NCBI GenBank assembly: GCA_963665845.2
Contig: OY762492.1
Location: 1,184,001-1,248,000, forward strand
Direction of reading: 5' to 3'
DNA from: Candidatus Poribacteria bacterium
GTDB taxonomy: Bacteria; Poribacteria; WGA-4E; GCA-2687025
Length of the DNA: 64,000 nucleotides
This document shows, piece after piece, positions 40,033-49,634 of the stretch. The notes below the pieces were generated by a model that was not told where the DNA came from, ran no database searches, and saw only the letters and a program-made list of their open reading frames with translations. Position 1 is the first letter of the stretch. Each line of letters starts with the position of its first letter. A program made the position numbers and the translations under genes.

Positions 40033-42506
40033 ACCGCCTCGCTTACGCCGCATGCGCGCTGTTGACGGCGCTCTTCAGCTGCGCAGGTACGAAAACGGAG
40101 CTGCCGACTCAAACGGCGGCGCCGGCTGAAGTCGCCGGCGGATATGAAGCGCTCGTCCGCGGCGACTATGCTGAAGCGGCGGCGCTGCTGGAAACGGCTC
40201 TCCAAAAACAGCCCGACAACCTGTACGCGCTCGTCCATTTAGGGTTAGCGTATCAGCAGCTCGGCAGAACGGAGGAGGCGGTCGACGCGCTGGAGACGGC
40301 TCATCAGCGCGACCCAGAGCGGACGCAAAACGGAGCGGCGCTGCTGGACTACTACCTCGGCCTTGCGTATGAGGACGCGGGCAGGGACGGCGGCGCCGTC
40401 AACGCTTACGAACGCCATGCCGAACGCGACCCGACCGACCCGCTGCCGCGCGCGCAGCTCGGCGCCCTTTATGAACGGCGGAACGAGCTGGAGAAGGCGC
40501 GGCGGGAATTCGCGCTGGCGGCGCAGCTGGACCCGTCCAACGAAGCGGCGGCGCAAAACCTTGAGCGCGTCTTGCGCAAGATGCTGGACGCCGGCGCCGA
40601 TCCGTTTCCCGACATCGTCCCCGCCGTGCGCGTTCTGGAAACGGACGCCGCCGAGCGCATCGAAAACGCGCCGCATGCTGACGCGTACCCAAACGAGGAC
40701 GCGGTCATACTTTTCAACCGCTTGGAGCATGAGATTTTATCGGACGGGAGAGCGCGTTTCACAACGCATCTGGCGGTGAAGATCTTGCGCCGCCGCGCGA
40801 TTGCCGACTACGGCGAGATCGCCGTTCCATACAACTCCGCCGCGCAGAATATCCGCGTCAACAAGGCGCTGACCCGCCTCCCGGACGGAACCGCCATGCG
40901 CGTTCAGGACGACGCGATTCGGGACGTGACGCCGCGCGCCGCGCTCGCCTTCAACCTGTACTCCGATACGTTATGGAAGGTGATCTCCTTCCCCGCGCTC
41001 ATGCCGGGGGCGGTGGTGGAGTATCAGGTCACCGTCGAGGACGCGCAGCCGAGAGGAAGCGCGCAGAATATCTGGTTCTGGAACGACGTTCTGCTACAGG
41101 CGAAATACCGGACGCTCTCCGTCGAATACGGGCTGCGGACGCCTGAAGAAGTTGAGATCAAATGGAAGGCGTACCGCGCGGACGTTCAGTTTGAACGGCG
41201 GAAAGAGGGCGAAAACGCGGTTTATATCTGGAGTTACGGACCGGTTCCGCCTTATCTCCCTGAACCGAACAGCCCGCCGGCGGAGGAGACGGCGCCGCGC
41301 TTGACGCTCTCGTCCGTCGATTCATGGGACGCGATACACACCTGGTACCGTAGCCTGTTGAACGGGCGGGCGGATATGAGCGGCGCGCTTGCCAAAGCGG
41401 CGGGGGATGTTGCCGTCTCGCGCGGGACGCAGGAGGAGCGCATTCAGGCGTTGTGCGCATACGCGGCGCGGGAGCTGCGTTATGTGGCGATACAGCTCGG
41501 ACAAGGCGCCTATCAACCGCATACGGCGGTCGATTCGTTTGAGCGGCGTTACGGCGACTGCAAGGACAAGACGAATCTTCTCATATCGGCGCTGTCGCTT
41601 ATCGGGGTGGAGGCGCTGCCGGCGATCCTGAACCCAACCGACGGCGGCGCGGATGTCGACAAGGAGCTGCCGTCGTTGAGTCAGTTTAGCCACATGATAC
41701 TGGCGCTTCCGACCGGCGATGGAGAGTACCGCTGGTTCGACCCGACAAACGACGCGCTGCCCGTAGGCAAGCTGCCGGCGCGGAATCAGGGGCGCATGGC
41801 GCTGATACTGGCGCCGTCCGGCCCGGTCTGGCGGCGGACGCCGATCGACAAGGCGGAGGATAATCGACTTGACTGGACGCTGGAGGCGGAGCTGCGCGGC
41901 GACGGATCGCTGGAGGGGGTGGAAACGTTGATCGGGACAGGCTTGCGCGCGGGAGAGCTGCGCCGTCTCTACCGAACCGTGAATCCGAGCCGCATGCGCG
42001 AATATCTAGAGGAGCGGTTGAGCGGATCGTACCCCGGCGCGCAGGCGCTGGAATGGAGCGTGGACGGGTTAGAGGATGTCCAGGCGCCGATGCGCGTCCG
42101 CGTTCATTTTACGGCGAAGGATTATGCGCGGGTCAGCGGGGACGCCCTGATCGCGCCGATACCGGGCGCCGATCTGGACGCGCAGGCGGAAAGCGCGGCG
42201 CTTCAAACGCGAACAACGGCGTACCATCTGGGCGCCCCGATGGTCATGACGCGGCGCGTCCGCCTCAAACTGCCGGACGGGTTCGCCTTGTCCGCGCCTC
42301 CGCCGCGGTCGATTCAAAACGAATACGCCTCTTTCAAACGCGAATACCGCTTCGACGGACAGACGGCGCAATACGATTTTGAGTATGCCGCCCGTCTGCC
42401 GATGATTCCGCCTGAAGCGTATGCGCCGTTCAAGCGTCTTTTGGAATCGCTGGCGCAGGAGGAGAGCGCCGTTTTTCTGTTGGAGCTACGGGGCGGCGTT
42501 CCTTAA
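40029..42506 (+). CDS. TPR + DUF3857 + transglutaminase-like lipoprotein
   Basis: Lipobox LFSC; N-terminal TPRs; YGDCKDK, FSHMI, FDPT (Cys-His-Asp triad). Confidence 0.88.
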   Translation: MNRLAYAACALLTALFSCAGTKTELPTQTAAPAEVAGGYEALVRGDYAEAAALLETALQKQPDNLYALVHLGLAYQQLGRTEEAVDALETAHQRDPERTQNGAALLDYYLGLAYEDAGRDGGAVNAYERHAERDPTDPLPRAQLGALYERRNELEKARREFALAAQLDPSNEAAAQNLERVLRKMLDAGADPFPDIVPAVRVLETDAAERIENAPHADAYPNEDAVILFNRLEHEILSDGRARFTTHLAVKILRRRAIADYGEIAVPYNSAAQNIRVNKALTRLPDGTAMRVQDDAIRDVTPRAALAFNLYSDTLWKVISFPALMPGAVVEYQVTVEDAQPRGSAQNIWFWNDVLLQAKYRTLSVEYGLRTPEEVEIKWKAYRADVQFERRKEGENAVYIWSYGPVPPYLPEPNSPPAEETAPRLTLSSVDSWDAIHTWYRSLLNGRADMSGALAKAAGDVAVSRGTQEERIQALCAYAARELRYVAIQLGQGAYQPHTAVDSFERRYGDCKDKTNLLISALSLIGVEALPAILNPTDGGADVDKELPSLSQFSHMILALPTGDGEYRWFDPTNDALPVGKLPARNQGRMALILAPSGPVWRRTPIDKAEDNRLDWTLEAELRGDGSLEGVETLIGTGLRAGELRRLYRTVNPSRMREYLEERLSGSYPGAQALEWSVDGLEDVQAPMRVRVHFTAKDYARVSGDALIAPIPGADLDAQAESAALQTRTTAYHLGAPMVMTRRVRLKLPDGFALSAPPPRSIQNEYASFKREYRFDGQTAQYDFEYAARLPMIPPEAYAPFKRLLESLAQEESAVFLLELRGGVP

Positions 42507-42527
42507 ACAAAACAAAGAAACCGGACG

Positions 42528-43145
42528 ATGAACGCTGTCAATCCGCCCATGGAACCGTCGGAAGTGGAGCTGGACCTGCTGAAGCTCCCGCGCCTGCTCT
42601 CTTGGGAGGAGGCGTTTGGAAACGGCAATCCTGTTGAGCTGGACATCGGCTGCGGGCGCGGGCGATTCATCATAGAGGCGGCGCAGGCGCGCCCGAATGT
42701 GAACTATCTTGGAATCGATGTGTCGGGGAAGTCGCTGCGTCTCGCAAAGCAACGCATCGCCAAGCGCGGCATCCAAAACGCGAAGACGATATGGGGGGAC
42801 GCGCGCCGTTTCATCGCGGAGCGGGTCGGGGACGGGTCGCTTGACGCGGCGCATCTGCTGTTTCCCGACCCTTGGCCGAAGAGCCGTCACCGAAAGCGGC
42901 GCGTGGCGACCCCTGAATTTGCGGCGGAGCTGCGGCGCGTTTTGGGGCGGGGGCGTCCGTTTCATGTGGCGACCGACATCGCCGATTACTTTGACGAACT
43001 GCTGGAAGCGGTTGCGGCGGGCGGACATTTTGAGATCGTCTCGGAGGGCTTATACGATCCCGAACGTCAGTTTTTGACAAATTATGCGGCAAAATATCTG
43101 GAGCAGGGGCGCGAGATGCATTACGCGCGCCTGCGCAGCGTGTGA
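42528..43145 (+). CDS. trmB: tRNA (guanine-N7)-methyltransferase
   Basis: ELDIGCGRG, FPDPWPK.RHRKRR, ATD..DY, TNY..KY. Confidence 0.93.
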   Translation: MNAVNPPMEPSEVELDLLKLPRLLSWEEAFGNGNPVELDIGCGRGRFIIEAAQARPNVNYLGIDVSGKSLRLAKQRIAKRGIQNAKTIWGDARRFIAERVGDGSLDAAHLLFPDPWPKSRHRKRRVATPEFAAELRRVLGRGRPFHVATDIADYFDELLEAVAAGGHFEIVSEGLYDPERQFLTNYAAKYLEQGREMHYARLRSV

Positions 43146-43162
43146 AACCTGGGGCTGCGCTT

Positions 43163-43191
43163 TTGCGTTTTCTCTCTTGTTTATGTATAAT
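43163..43191 (+). promoter_or_regulatory. sigma70-like promoter of the aroF-like gene
   Basis: TTGCGT-17 nt-TATAAT. Confidence 0.65.
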
Positions 43192-43298
43192 AGAAACGTC
43201 GGGGGTTGCGTCTTTGCGCTCCTTCGGGTTACGATATAGGCTTGTGTGGACGCGGAACCGCGCCGGCGGGGAAAGCGTCAAGAGACAGGAGACAGCCG

Positions 43299-44429
43299 AT
43301 GATTGTCAAAATGCGCAGCGTCGCAACGGATCGTGAAATACACGCCGTTGAGGCGCGGCTAAGCGAACTAGGTTACAACACGGGAAAATTGACCGGCACC
43401 GATCATACGCTGATTGGAGTGTACGGCGACATTTCCCAACTGCCGCATACGGACATTTCCAAAATGTCCGGCGTGGAACAGCTGATTCAGATCTCCCGAA
43501 AATATAAACGGGCGGCTCAAAAAGGGGACCCGCTCAACCTTCACTATTCCTCTTTCAACATCGGCAGCATCCCGATCGGGGACAGCCTCGTCGTCATTGC
43601 CGGTCCGTGTTCGGTTGAAAGCGAGGCGCAGATCATGGAATCCGCGCATATGGCGAAGGAGGCAGGCGCGCACATACTCCGAGGCGGAGTCCACAAATAC
43701 AGGTCTAGCCCCTACAGCGGCTGGGAAGGCATCGGCTCCGAATCGAAACAAGCGCTCAAAGAAGGGCTGGATCTGATTGTCAAGGCGGGCAGAGAGACCG
43801 ATATGCCGACCGCCGTCGAGATACTTGACCATACGACCATCCCGCTGTTTGAAGACTGCGGGGTCGACTGCCTGCAGATCGGAGAGCCGAACAGCCGAAA
43901 CACGGTACTGCTGAACGAGCTGCGCAACACGGAGCTGCCGGTGATCCACAAGCGCGGGCATTCTCTGGACGCCGAAGAGTATCTGCTCTGGGCGGAGCGC
44001 ATGATGGTGCGCGGCAAGGAGAACATCATCCTGTGCGAGCGCGGCATACGCAGCCACACAAAATACACGCGCAACACCCTGGACCTGGGAACGGTCGCGG
44101 CGTTCCATTATCAGCTGACGGGGCTGCCGGTCGCGGTGGATGCCTCGCATGGGTCGGGAATACGCGACCTTGTGCATCCGCTCTCGGTGGCGAGCGTCTT
44201 TTGCGGGGCGAGCGTCCTGATTGCCGAGGCGCATCCGAACCCGATGATCGCCAAGTCGGACGGGTTCCAGGCGCTGTTTCCAGAGCAGCTGCGCAATCTG
44301 ATTCGGGCGGCGACAGACGCTTGGAAGCTGCGCGAGAACATGAAGGACCTGTATATTCCGTCCAGAGCGCTGGAGCAGACCTACGAGAGCCGCGTGGAGA
44401 AGGACGCGGCGCGTTTCTTTGGAGAGTAG
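43299..44429 (+). CDS. aroF: Type I-beta DAHP synthase-like enzyme with N-terminal regulatory domain (divergent motifs)
   Basis: IAGPCSVES, KRG, LCERGIR, RNTLD, DASH, E.HP.P...SDG. Confidence 0.8.
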   Translation: MIVKMRSVATDREIHAVEARLSELGYNTGKLTGTDHTLIGVYGDISQLPHTDISKMSGVEQLIQISRKYKRAAQKGDPLNLHYSSFNIGSIPIGDSLVVIAGPCSVESEAQIMESAHMAKEAGAHILRGGVHKYRSSPYSGWEGIGSESKQALKEGLDLIVKAGRETDMPTAVEILDHTTIPLFEDCGVDCLQIGEPNSRNTVLLNELRNTELPVIHKRGHSLDAEEYLLWAERMMVRGKENIILCERGIRSHTKYTRNTLDLGTVAAFHYQLTGLPVAVDASHGSGIRDLVHPLSVASVFCGASVLIAEAHPNPMIAKSDGFQALFPEQLRNLIRAATDAWKLRENMKDLYIPSRALEQTYESRVEKDAARFFGE

Positions 44430-44432
44430 CGG

Positions 44433-44771
44433 ATGGGCGTCTCGAAGGTGAGCGCGCTGCGGGAGATACGCCCTTTTGAGGGGGTGTCGCTGCGGGTGTT
44501 AGCGGGCGCGCGGGGCATGCTCTCGTTCGTCTATTTTGAGCCGGACGGGGTTGTCCCGCCCCATTCGCATCCGCATGAGCAGATGGGCGTCGCGCTGGAG
44601 GGTTCGTTTGAGTTGACCATCGGGGATGAAACGCGCGTCGTTCAGGAGGGGGACATCTGGCATATCTTGCCGAATGTTGTGCATAGCGCCCGCGCGCTAG
44701 GCGAAAAAGCGGCGGCGCTGGATATTTTTGTGCCGCCGCGGGAGGATTACGCTGTCCTGGCGAAGCAGTAA
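44433..44771 (+). CDS. Cupin domain protein
   Basis: PHSHPHEQ and P.VVH cupin motifs. Confidence 0.88.
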   Translation: MGVSKVSALREIRPFEGVSLRVLAGARGMLSFVYFEPDGVVPPHSHPHEQMGVALEGSFELTIGDETRVVQEGDIWHILPNVVHSARALGEKAAALDIFVPPREDYAVLAKQ

Positions 44772-44792
44772 AACCGCTCTGTTCCCAAATAG

Positions 44793-45012
44793 CCTGCCCC
44801 CGTGAAAACGGGGTCATTCCCGCGCAAGCGGGAATCTTAGACCGTAGCCAGCGCAGTTGTCGTCTGAACTAGGATTGCCAAGATTGAAAAGATTGCCAGG
44901 AGAATTCTTGCAGACCGTTATCTTGGCAATCTTAGCAATCCTTTAATCCTAGTTCAAAACCGACTCCAACCCGCGCGCTAAAACCCCCTAGCCCCTTTTC
45001 AAGGGGAATTGG
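44793..45012. repeat. Stack of palindromic repeats: CCCCGTGAAAACGGGG hairpin, family B, a 92-bp inverted repeat with 9-bp periodicity (44865-44956), family C
   Basis: tgaactaggattgccaagattgaaaagatt...aatcttagcaatcctttaatcctagttca plus recognisable family B and C copies. Confidence 0.8.
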
Positions 45013-45083
45013 ACGCGCTCCTTGCATGAACAGCCTATGCAGGTGTACACTTTCATGCAAACGGCAAAGGAGCCATCGAACGT

Positions 45084-46331
45084 ATGAAAGCGTCCATTCG
45101 GGTTGTTGTCATCGGCGGAGGGGTGATCGGCGCCGCTTCGGCGTTGGAGCTGGCGCGCGGCGGGCGGTTTCATGTGTCGGTCGTTGAACGGCTGCCGCAG
45201 ACCGCCGCCGGTTCCACCGCCGCTTCGACCGCCATCATCCGCCAGTTCTACCGCAGCGGCGAATCGGTCAAGCTGGCGAGGTCGGGGCTGCATGTCTGGC
45301 GCGATTGGCGCGGCTGGCTCGGCGGCGCGCCCGACCCTCCGCTCGCGCAGTTTCACAACGCGGGCGCGCTCTGGATCTTCCCCGAAACAAGCCGCGCCAA
45401 AGAGACGCCGCATATTCAAGAGTGCATGCGCCTCGGCGTTCAGATAGAGCTTCTGACGCTGGAGCGAATGCGGGAGCGTTTCCCCGTCTTCCATTTTTTA
45501 GACGAACCGCGCGTCTTCGGCATGTTGGAAACGGAAGCGGGTTATGTGGACATGCCGTCGCTGGCGGCGCAAAATATGATGGACGCGGCGCTGGCGACAG
45601 GAAACGCGCGTCTCTATCTGAACGCGCAGGCGGTCGATTTTCCGGAGAACGGCGTCGTCATCAACCAGAACGGAGAGCGGAAAACGATAGAAGCGGACGC
45701 TGTCCTGAACGCGGCGGGTCCGCATTCGTACCATGTGAACGCGCTGGCGGGATGTCCGCTCCCGCTGACGACCGCGCCAAACAGACAGCAGTTTATCGAC
45801 GCGCGCGAGACGAACGCGCTGACGCGTCATCCCGACGCGCCGCTCTGCATCGACCTTCTGAACGGCTTTTATATGAAGCCTGACGCGCGGCGGTTTCGCG
45901 TCGGGGCGATTCTTCCTAAAGACGAGCGCGATTTTATCCCCGATCCTGATCGGTTTGACGAACGTCTGTCAGATGCATTTGCCGAGGAAAAAACGCGCGC
46001 GCTGCGTCGGCGCATGCCGGAGGCGCAGCTGGAAGAGGCGGGCGGAGGAGCCGCTTTATATGACGTAACGGCCGCCGACTGGAAGCCTATCATTGACAAA
46101 ATGGACAGAGAAGGGTATTTTGCGGCGGTCGGGACAAGCGGCGCATGGTTCAAGGGCGCGCCGGCGATTGGACGGCTGGCGGAGCGTCTCATCAGCGCCA
46201 ACCTGCTGGACGGTATCGACACGGACGCGGCGCCGTTGACGATTCCGCTGCCGTACACGGAGCAGGAGCTGGACATGCGCGCCTTTTCGCGCCATCGAAC
46301 CCCAGGACATGAAGGCGGAGTCATCGGATGA
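45084..46331 (+). CDS. FAD-dependent oxidoreductase (DAO/sarcosine oxidase beta-like)
   Basis: VIGGGVIG, GSTAAS, NAAGP, YD.T.D..PII, G.SG..FK.AP. Confidence 0.88.
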   Translation: MKASIRVVVIGGGVIGAASALELARGGRFHVSVVERLPQTAAGSTAASTAIIRQFYRSGESVKLARSGLHVWRDWRGWLGGAPDPPLAQFHNAGALWIFPETSRAKETPHIQECMRLGVQIELLTLERMRERFPVFHFLDEPRVFGMLETEAGYVDMPSLAAQNMMDAALATGNARLYLNAQAVDFPENGVVINQNGERKTIEADAVLNAAGPHSYHVNALAGCPLPLTTAPNRQQFIDARETNALTRHPDAPLCIDLLNGFYMKPDARRFRVGAILPKDERDFIPDPDRFDERLSDAFAEEKTRALRRRMPEAQLEEAGGGAALYDVTAADWKPIIDKMDREGYFAAVGTSGAWFKGAPAIGRLAERLISANLLDGIDTDAAPLTIPLPYTEQELDMRAFSRHRTPGHEGGVIG

Positions 46332-46635
46332 AGCGAGGCGCCATACCGTTGGAGCAGTTGACGATTGACAAAATGGACAGAGAAGGGTATTTTGCGGCGG
46401 TCGGGACAAGCGGCGCATGGTTCAAGGGCGCGCCGGCGATTGGACGGCTGGCGGAGCGTCTCATCAGCGCCAACCTGCTGGACGGTATCGACACGGACGC
46501 GGCGCCGTTGACGATTCCGCTGCCGTACACGGAGCAGGAGCTGGACATGCGCGCCTTTTCGCGCCATCGAACCCCAGGACCTGAAGGCGGAGTCATCGGA
46601 TGAAGCGAGGCGCCATACCGTTGGAGCAGTTGACG
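46092..46635 (+). repeat. 272-bp tandem duplication (46092-46363 / 46364-46635)
   Basis: Copies identical by eye except ggacAtgaagg vs ggacCtgaagg; creates the chimeric ORF 46328-46603. Confidence 0.92.
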
Positions 46636-47775
46636 GAGGCGGCGCGCCGCTTCGGTTTTGACGCCGCCGGCGCGGCGCCTGCCGTTCCGTATCCGCGCGC
46701 CGATTTTCTGGACGAGTGGCTGCGCCAAAAACGGCACGGCTCCATGGAATACCTAGCGCGAACGCCTGAACGGCGCAAAGACCCGCGCCGGATTGTTCCA
46801 AACGCCAAGACGGTTGTCTGCGCCGCGAAGCGTTACCGCCCCGACCTTCCCCCGCAGGAAGAAAACGCCGAAACGGACGGCGGCCTGCGCGGAACGGTCG
46901 CCTCCTACGCCTGGGGATACGACTACCATGATGTCATGCGCAAGCCGCTGCTGGAGCTGCAGACCTGGATTCATGAGCGCGCCGGACCCGACACGGAAAG
47001 CCGGCCGTATATCGACACCGGACCGATTCTGGAGCGGCCGGCGGCGTCGCTGGCGGGGCTTGGATGGATCGGCAAGAACACGCTTCTGCTGAACCGCTCG
47101 CTCGGCTCCTACTTTTTCTTGGGTGAAATCATCACGACCGCCGAGATCGAAACGGGCGCGCCGACTCCCGACCATTGCGGCTCATGCGTCCGCTGCCTTG
47201 AAGCATGCCCGACCGACGCCTTCCCAGAGCCGTATGTCATGGACGCTTCCAAATGCGTCTCTTATCTCACCATTGAGCGGCGCGGAGCGATGCCGCTGGA
47301 GCTGCGGGACGGCGTCGGCGATATGGTCTTTGGATGCGACATCTGCCAAGAGGTGTGTCCCTGGAACCGCCCGTCCAACCGCGAGGCGCCCGACGACGCG
47401 GACGAATACGCCCCGCGCGGCGATGTGCTGCCGGATTGGCCGAACCCGAATCTGGAAGATCTGATGCTTTTAGACGACGAAGACTTCCGCGAGCGGTTTC
47501 GCGGAAGCCCCGTCAAACGAACGAAGCGGCGCGGCTTGCTTCGAAACGCGGCGGTCGCCCTCGGCAACGCGCGCGACCCGCGCGCTGTCCCCGCCTTGAG
47601 AGTCGGGTTGAGCGACGAGGAGCCGCTTGTCCGCAGCCACTCCGCCTGGGCGCTTGGAAAGATCGGCGGAGAGGCTGCCGTCAACGCCCTGAACGAACGC
47701 GCCGAGATTGAAACGGACGCGGAGGTTCAGGGCGAGATCGAACGCGCGCTCACTTCGGCGTCAGCTGCGCGCTAG
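46600..47775 (+). CDS. queG: Epoxyqueuosine reductase with C-terminal HEAT repeats
   Basis: YAWG.DYH, DTGPILER, GWIGKN, CGSC..C..ACPT, GCDICQ.VCPWN. Confidence 0.95.
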   Translation: MKRGAIPLEQLTEAARRFGFDAAGAAPAVPYPRADFLDEWLRQKRHGSMEYLARTPERRKDPRRIVPNAKTVVCAAKRYRPDLPPQEENAETDGGLRGTVASYAWGYDYHDVMRKPLLELQTWIHERAGPDTESRPYIDTGPILERPAASLAGLGWIGKNTLLLNRSLGSYFFLGEIITTAEIETGAPTPDHCGSCVRCLEACPTDAFPEPYVMDASKCVSYLTIERRGAMPLELRDGVGDMVFGCDICQEVCPWNRPSNREAPDDADEYAPRGDVLPDWPNPNLEDLMLLDDEDFRERFRGSPVKRTKRRGLLRNAAVALGNARDPRAVPALRVGLSDEEPLVRSHSAWALGKIGGEAAVNALNERAEIETDAEVQGEIERALTSASAAR

Positions 47776-48706
47776 TGGAGTCCAACACCTTCAACGCGAC
47801 CCCCGGAAGCCCGATGTCGTCATCCTCTATCATTTCAAACTCCGCATTTAATACCATCCCGCTTTCGTATTGAACCGCCAGACCGGTCGCCGTATCGACG
47901 ATGTAATAGCCGTTGAGGGTTCCGGTCGCCTCTTCATACGTCGCTTCTTGGTCGACGCCTGGGACGTCGGTCTTGACGTCGATTTCGGCGCTGAGCGTTC
48001 CATCGAACTCCACCCGCGCCAGCGCGCCGTCCACCGACGCAAGCGAGTAGGTCAGGTCAGCCATGACGCCCGGCGACGCTTCCCGTTTGCCTTTCCATGC
48101 GTCGCCGACATACATGTTGCTTGGCGCATGCGGCGCATAGAGGGCGCTGAGCGTCAGCTCCCACTGCTTCGCTATTGACGGATCGATGAACGTATCGGCG
48201 GCGTTTTGCTCATCGCCGGACAGGTCTTGCGCCGCTGCCTCCATCGCCTCAAACATCTCGTCGATGCCGTCCCACTCTCCAGGCTGCCCGTTTTCATCGA
48301 TCCGAGCGCTGAAAACCTTGCCGACCAGCGTCTGATAGATCAGGTTGACGAATGCCATCGGCGGCCCGGGCGACCCGTCCGGGAGATGGACGACAGGCGC
48401 GATGGACGCCTCCTTGACCGCGTACACGGCGGAGGCTCCTCCGCCCTCGCCAACGATAAAATCCACATCCAATTTCAGATTGACCTCATGGTCATATGCA
48501 ATCGGCGCGCCGAAGAAGTCGAGCCGAACATTGGTGTCGATGCGGAGGTTCAGCTCATGGCTGGTTCCCAATACCTGTACCGTGTCGAAGCTGTAGTTGA
48601 TCGGACCGACTCGATTTCCTCCGTTGCCGTTGTCGTCTTCTCCGCATCCGGAGGCGGCAACCAGCAGACAGGCGAGCGCGGCGGTCGTCAACGAGCGAAG
48701 TTTCAC
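47750..48706 (-). CDS. Lipoprotein, beta-rich (DUF6263-like)
   Basis: GTG start with SD aaggag; lipobox ASGC; VGD.W and G....D.ATGL pattern. Confidence 0.65.
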   Translation of the reverse strand: MKLRSLTTAALACLLVAASGCGEDDNGNGGNRVGPINYSFDTVQVLGTSHELNLRIDTNVRLDFFGAPIAYDHEVNLKLDVDFIVGEGGGASAVYAVKEASIAPVVHLPDGSPGPPMAFVNLIYQTLVGKVFSARIDENGQPGEWDGIDEMFEAMEAAAQDLSGDEQNAADTFIDPSIAKQWELTLSALYAPHAPSNMYVGDAWKGKREASPGVMADLTYSLASVDGALARVEFDGTLSAEIDVKTDVPGVDQEATYEEATGTLNGYYIVDTATGLAVQYESGMVLNAEFEMIEDDDIGLPGVALKVLDSTSAQLTPK

Positions 48707-48803
48707 GATGCGGCTCCTTTCAAAGAGCGGGCGGGCGATGTTTCTCGATCTGCATAAAGAACGATAACGGCGCTGGATAGGTTTACCATATTCCAAAACG
48801 CTC

Positions 48804-48826
48804 CCCAACTAAAGACGTGAGGTCGG
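48804..48826. mobile_element. Solo TIR of MITE family A
   Basis: cccaactaaagacgtgaggtcgg. Confidence 0.6.
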
Positions 48827-48837
48827 AGATGGATTCG

Positions 48838-48866
48838 TTGCCAATCCGCCGCTTTCGGCATATCAT
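48838..48866 (+). promoter_or_regulatory. sigma70-like promoter of map, probably leaderless
   Basis: TTGCCA-17 nt-TATCAT, ending 6 nt before ATG 48873. Confidence 0.6.
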
Positions 48867-48872
48867 ATAGGC

Positions 48873-49634
48873 ATGATCAAACGAAAAAAACCGCGCGACA
48901 TACGCATGATGAAACAGGCGGGCAAGATCGCCTCCGAGGCGCTGCTTGCCGTTGAAGACAAAATCGCCCCCGGCGTCTCCACATATGAGCTGGACGCGTC
49001 CGCCCGGGAAACGATTCTCAAAGCGGGCGCCTACCCGGCGTTTCTCGGATATGAGGGATTCCCCGCCTCCATCTGCGCCTCCATCAACGAAGAGGTCGTC
49101 CACGGCATCCCGTCCAAAGAGCGCGTTCTGAACGAAGGCGACATTGTCGGCATCGATGTCGGAGCCGTCTATAAAGGCTACCACGGCGACAACGCCAAAA
49201 CCTACGCTGTCGGAAATGTAAAGCATGACGCCGAACGCCTGCTCAAAACGACGCGCGAATCGCTCTACGCCGGCATCCACGCGCTCAAACCGAACGCCCC
49301 TCTCGGAGCCTACTCCAACGCCGTTCAGACGCATGCGGAAGGCGAAGGCTTCTCCGTCGTGCGCGTCTATGCGGGGCATGGCATCGGAAAAAATCTGCAT
49401 GAGCCGCCGACCGTCCCCAACTACGGACGCCCTCAAGACGGACCGATCCTGCGCCCCGGAACGATTCTCGCCCTTGAGCCGATGATCAACGAAGGCTCCG
49501 CCGATGTCGAATCGCTCTCGGACGGCTGGACGGTCGTCACCGCCGACCGAAAACTTTCCGCCCACTTTGAACATACGGTCGTCCTGCTCTCGGACGGCGT
49601 CGAAATACTCACGACCTGGGATCAAGCCTTATGA
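48873..49634 (+). CDS. map: Methionine aminopeptidase type I
   Basis: SINEEVVHGIP, DVG...GYHGD, GHGIG..LHE.P, EPM, SAHFEHT. Confidence 0.97.
   Translation: MIKRKKPRDIRMMKQAGKIASEALLAVEDKIAPGVSTYELDASARETILKAGAYPAFLGYEGFPASICASINEEVVHGIPSKERVLNEGDIVGIDVGAVYKGYHGDNAKTYAVGNVKHDAERLLKTTRESLYAGIHALKPNAPLGAYSNAVQTHAEGEGFSVVRVYAGHGIGKNLHEPPTVPNYGRPQDGPILRPGTILALEPMINEGSADVESLSDGWTVVTADRKLSAHFEHTVVLLSDGVEILTTWDQAL

Noticed and set aside
46328-46603. 91-aa ORF as an independent gene
   Set aside because: Fully explained as the junction product of the 272-bp duplication
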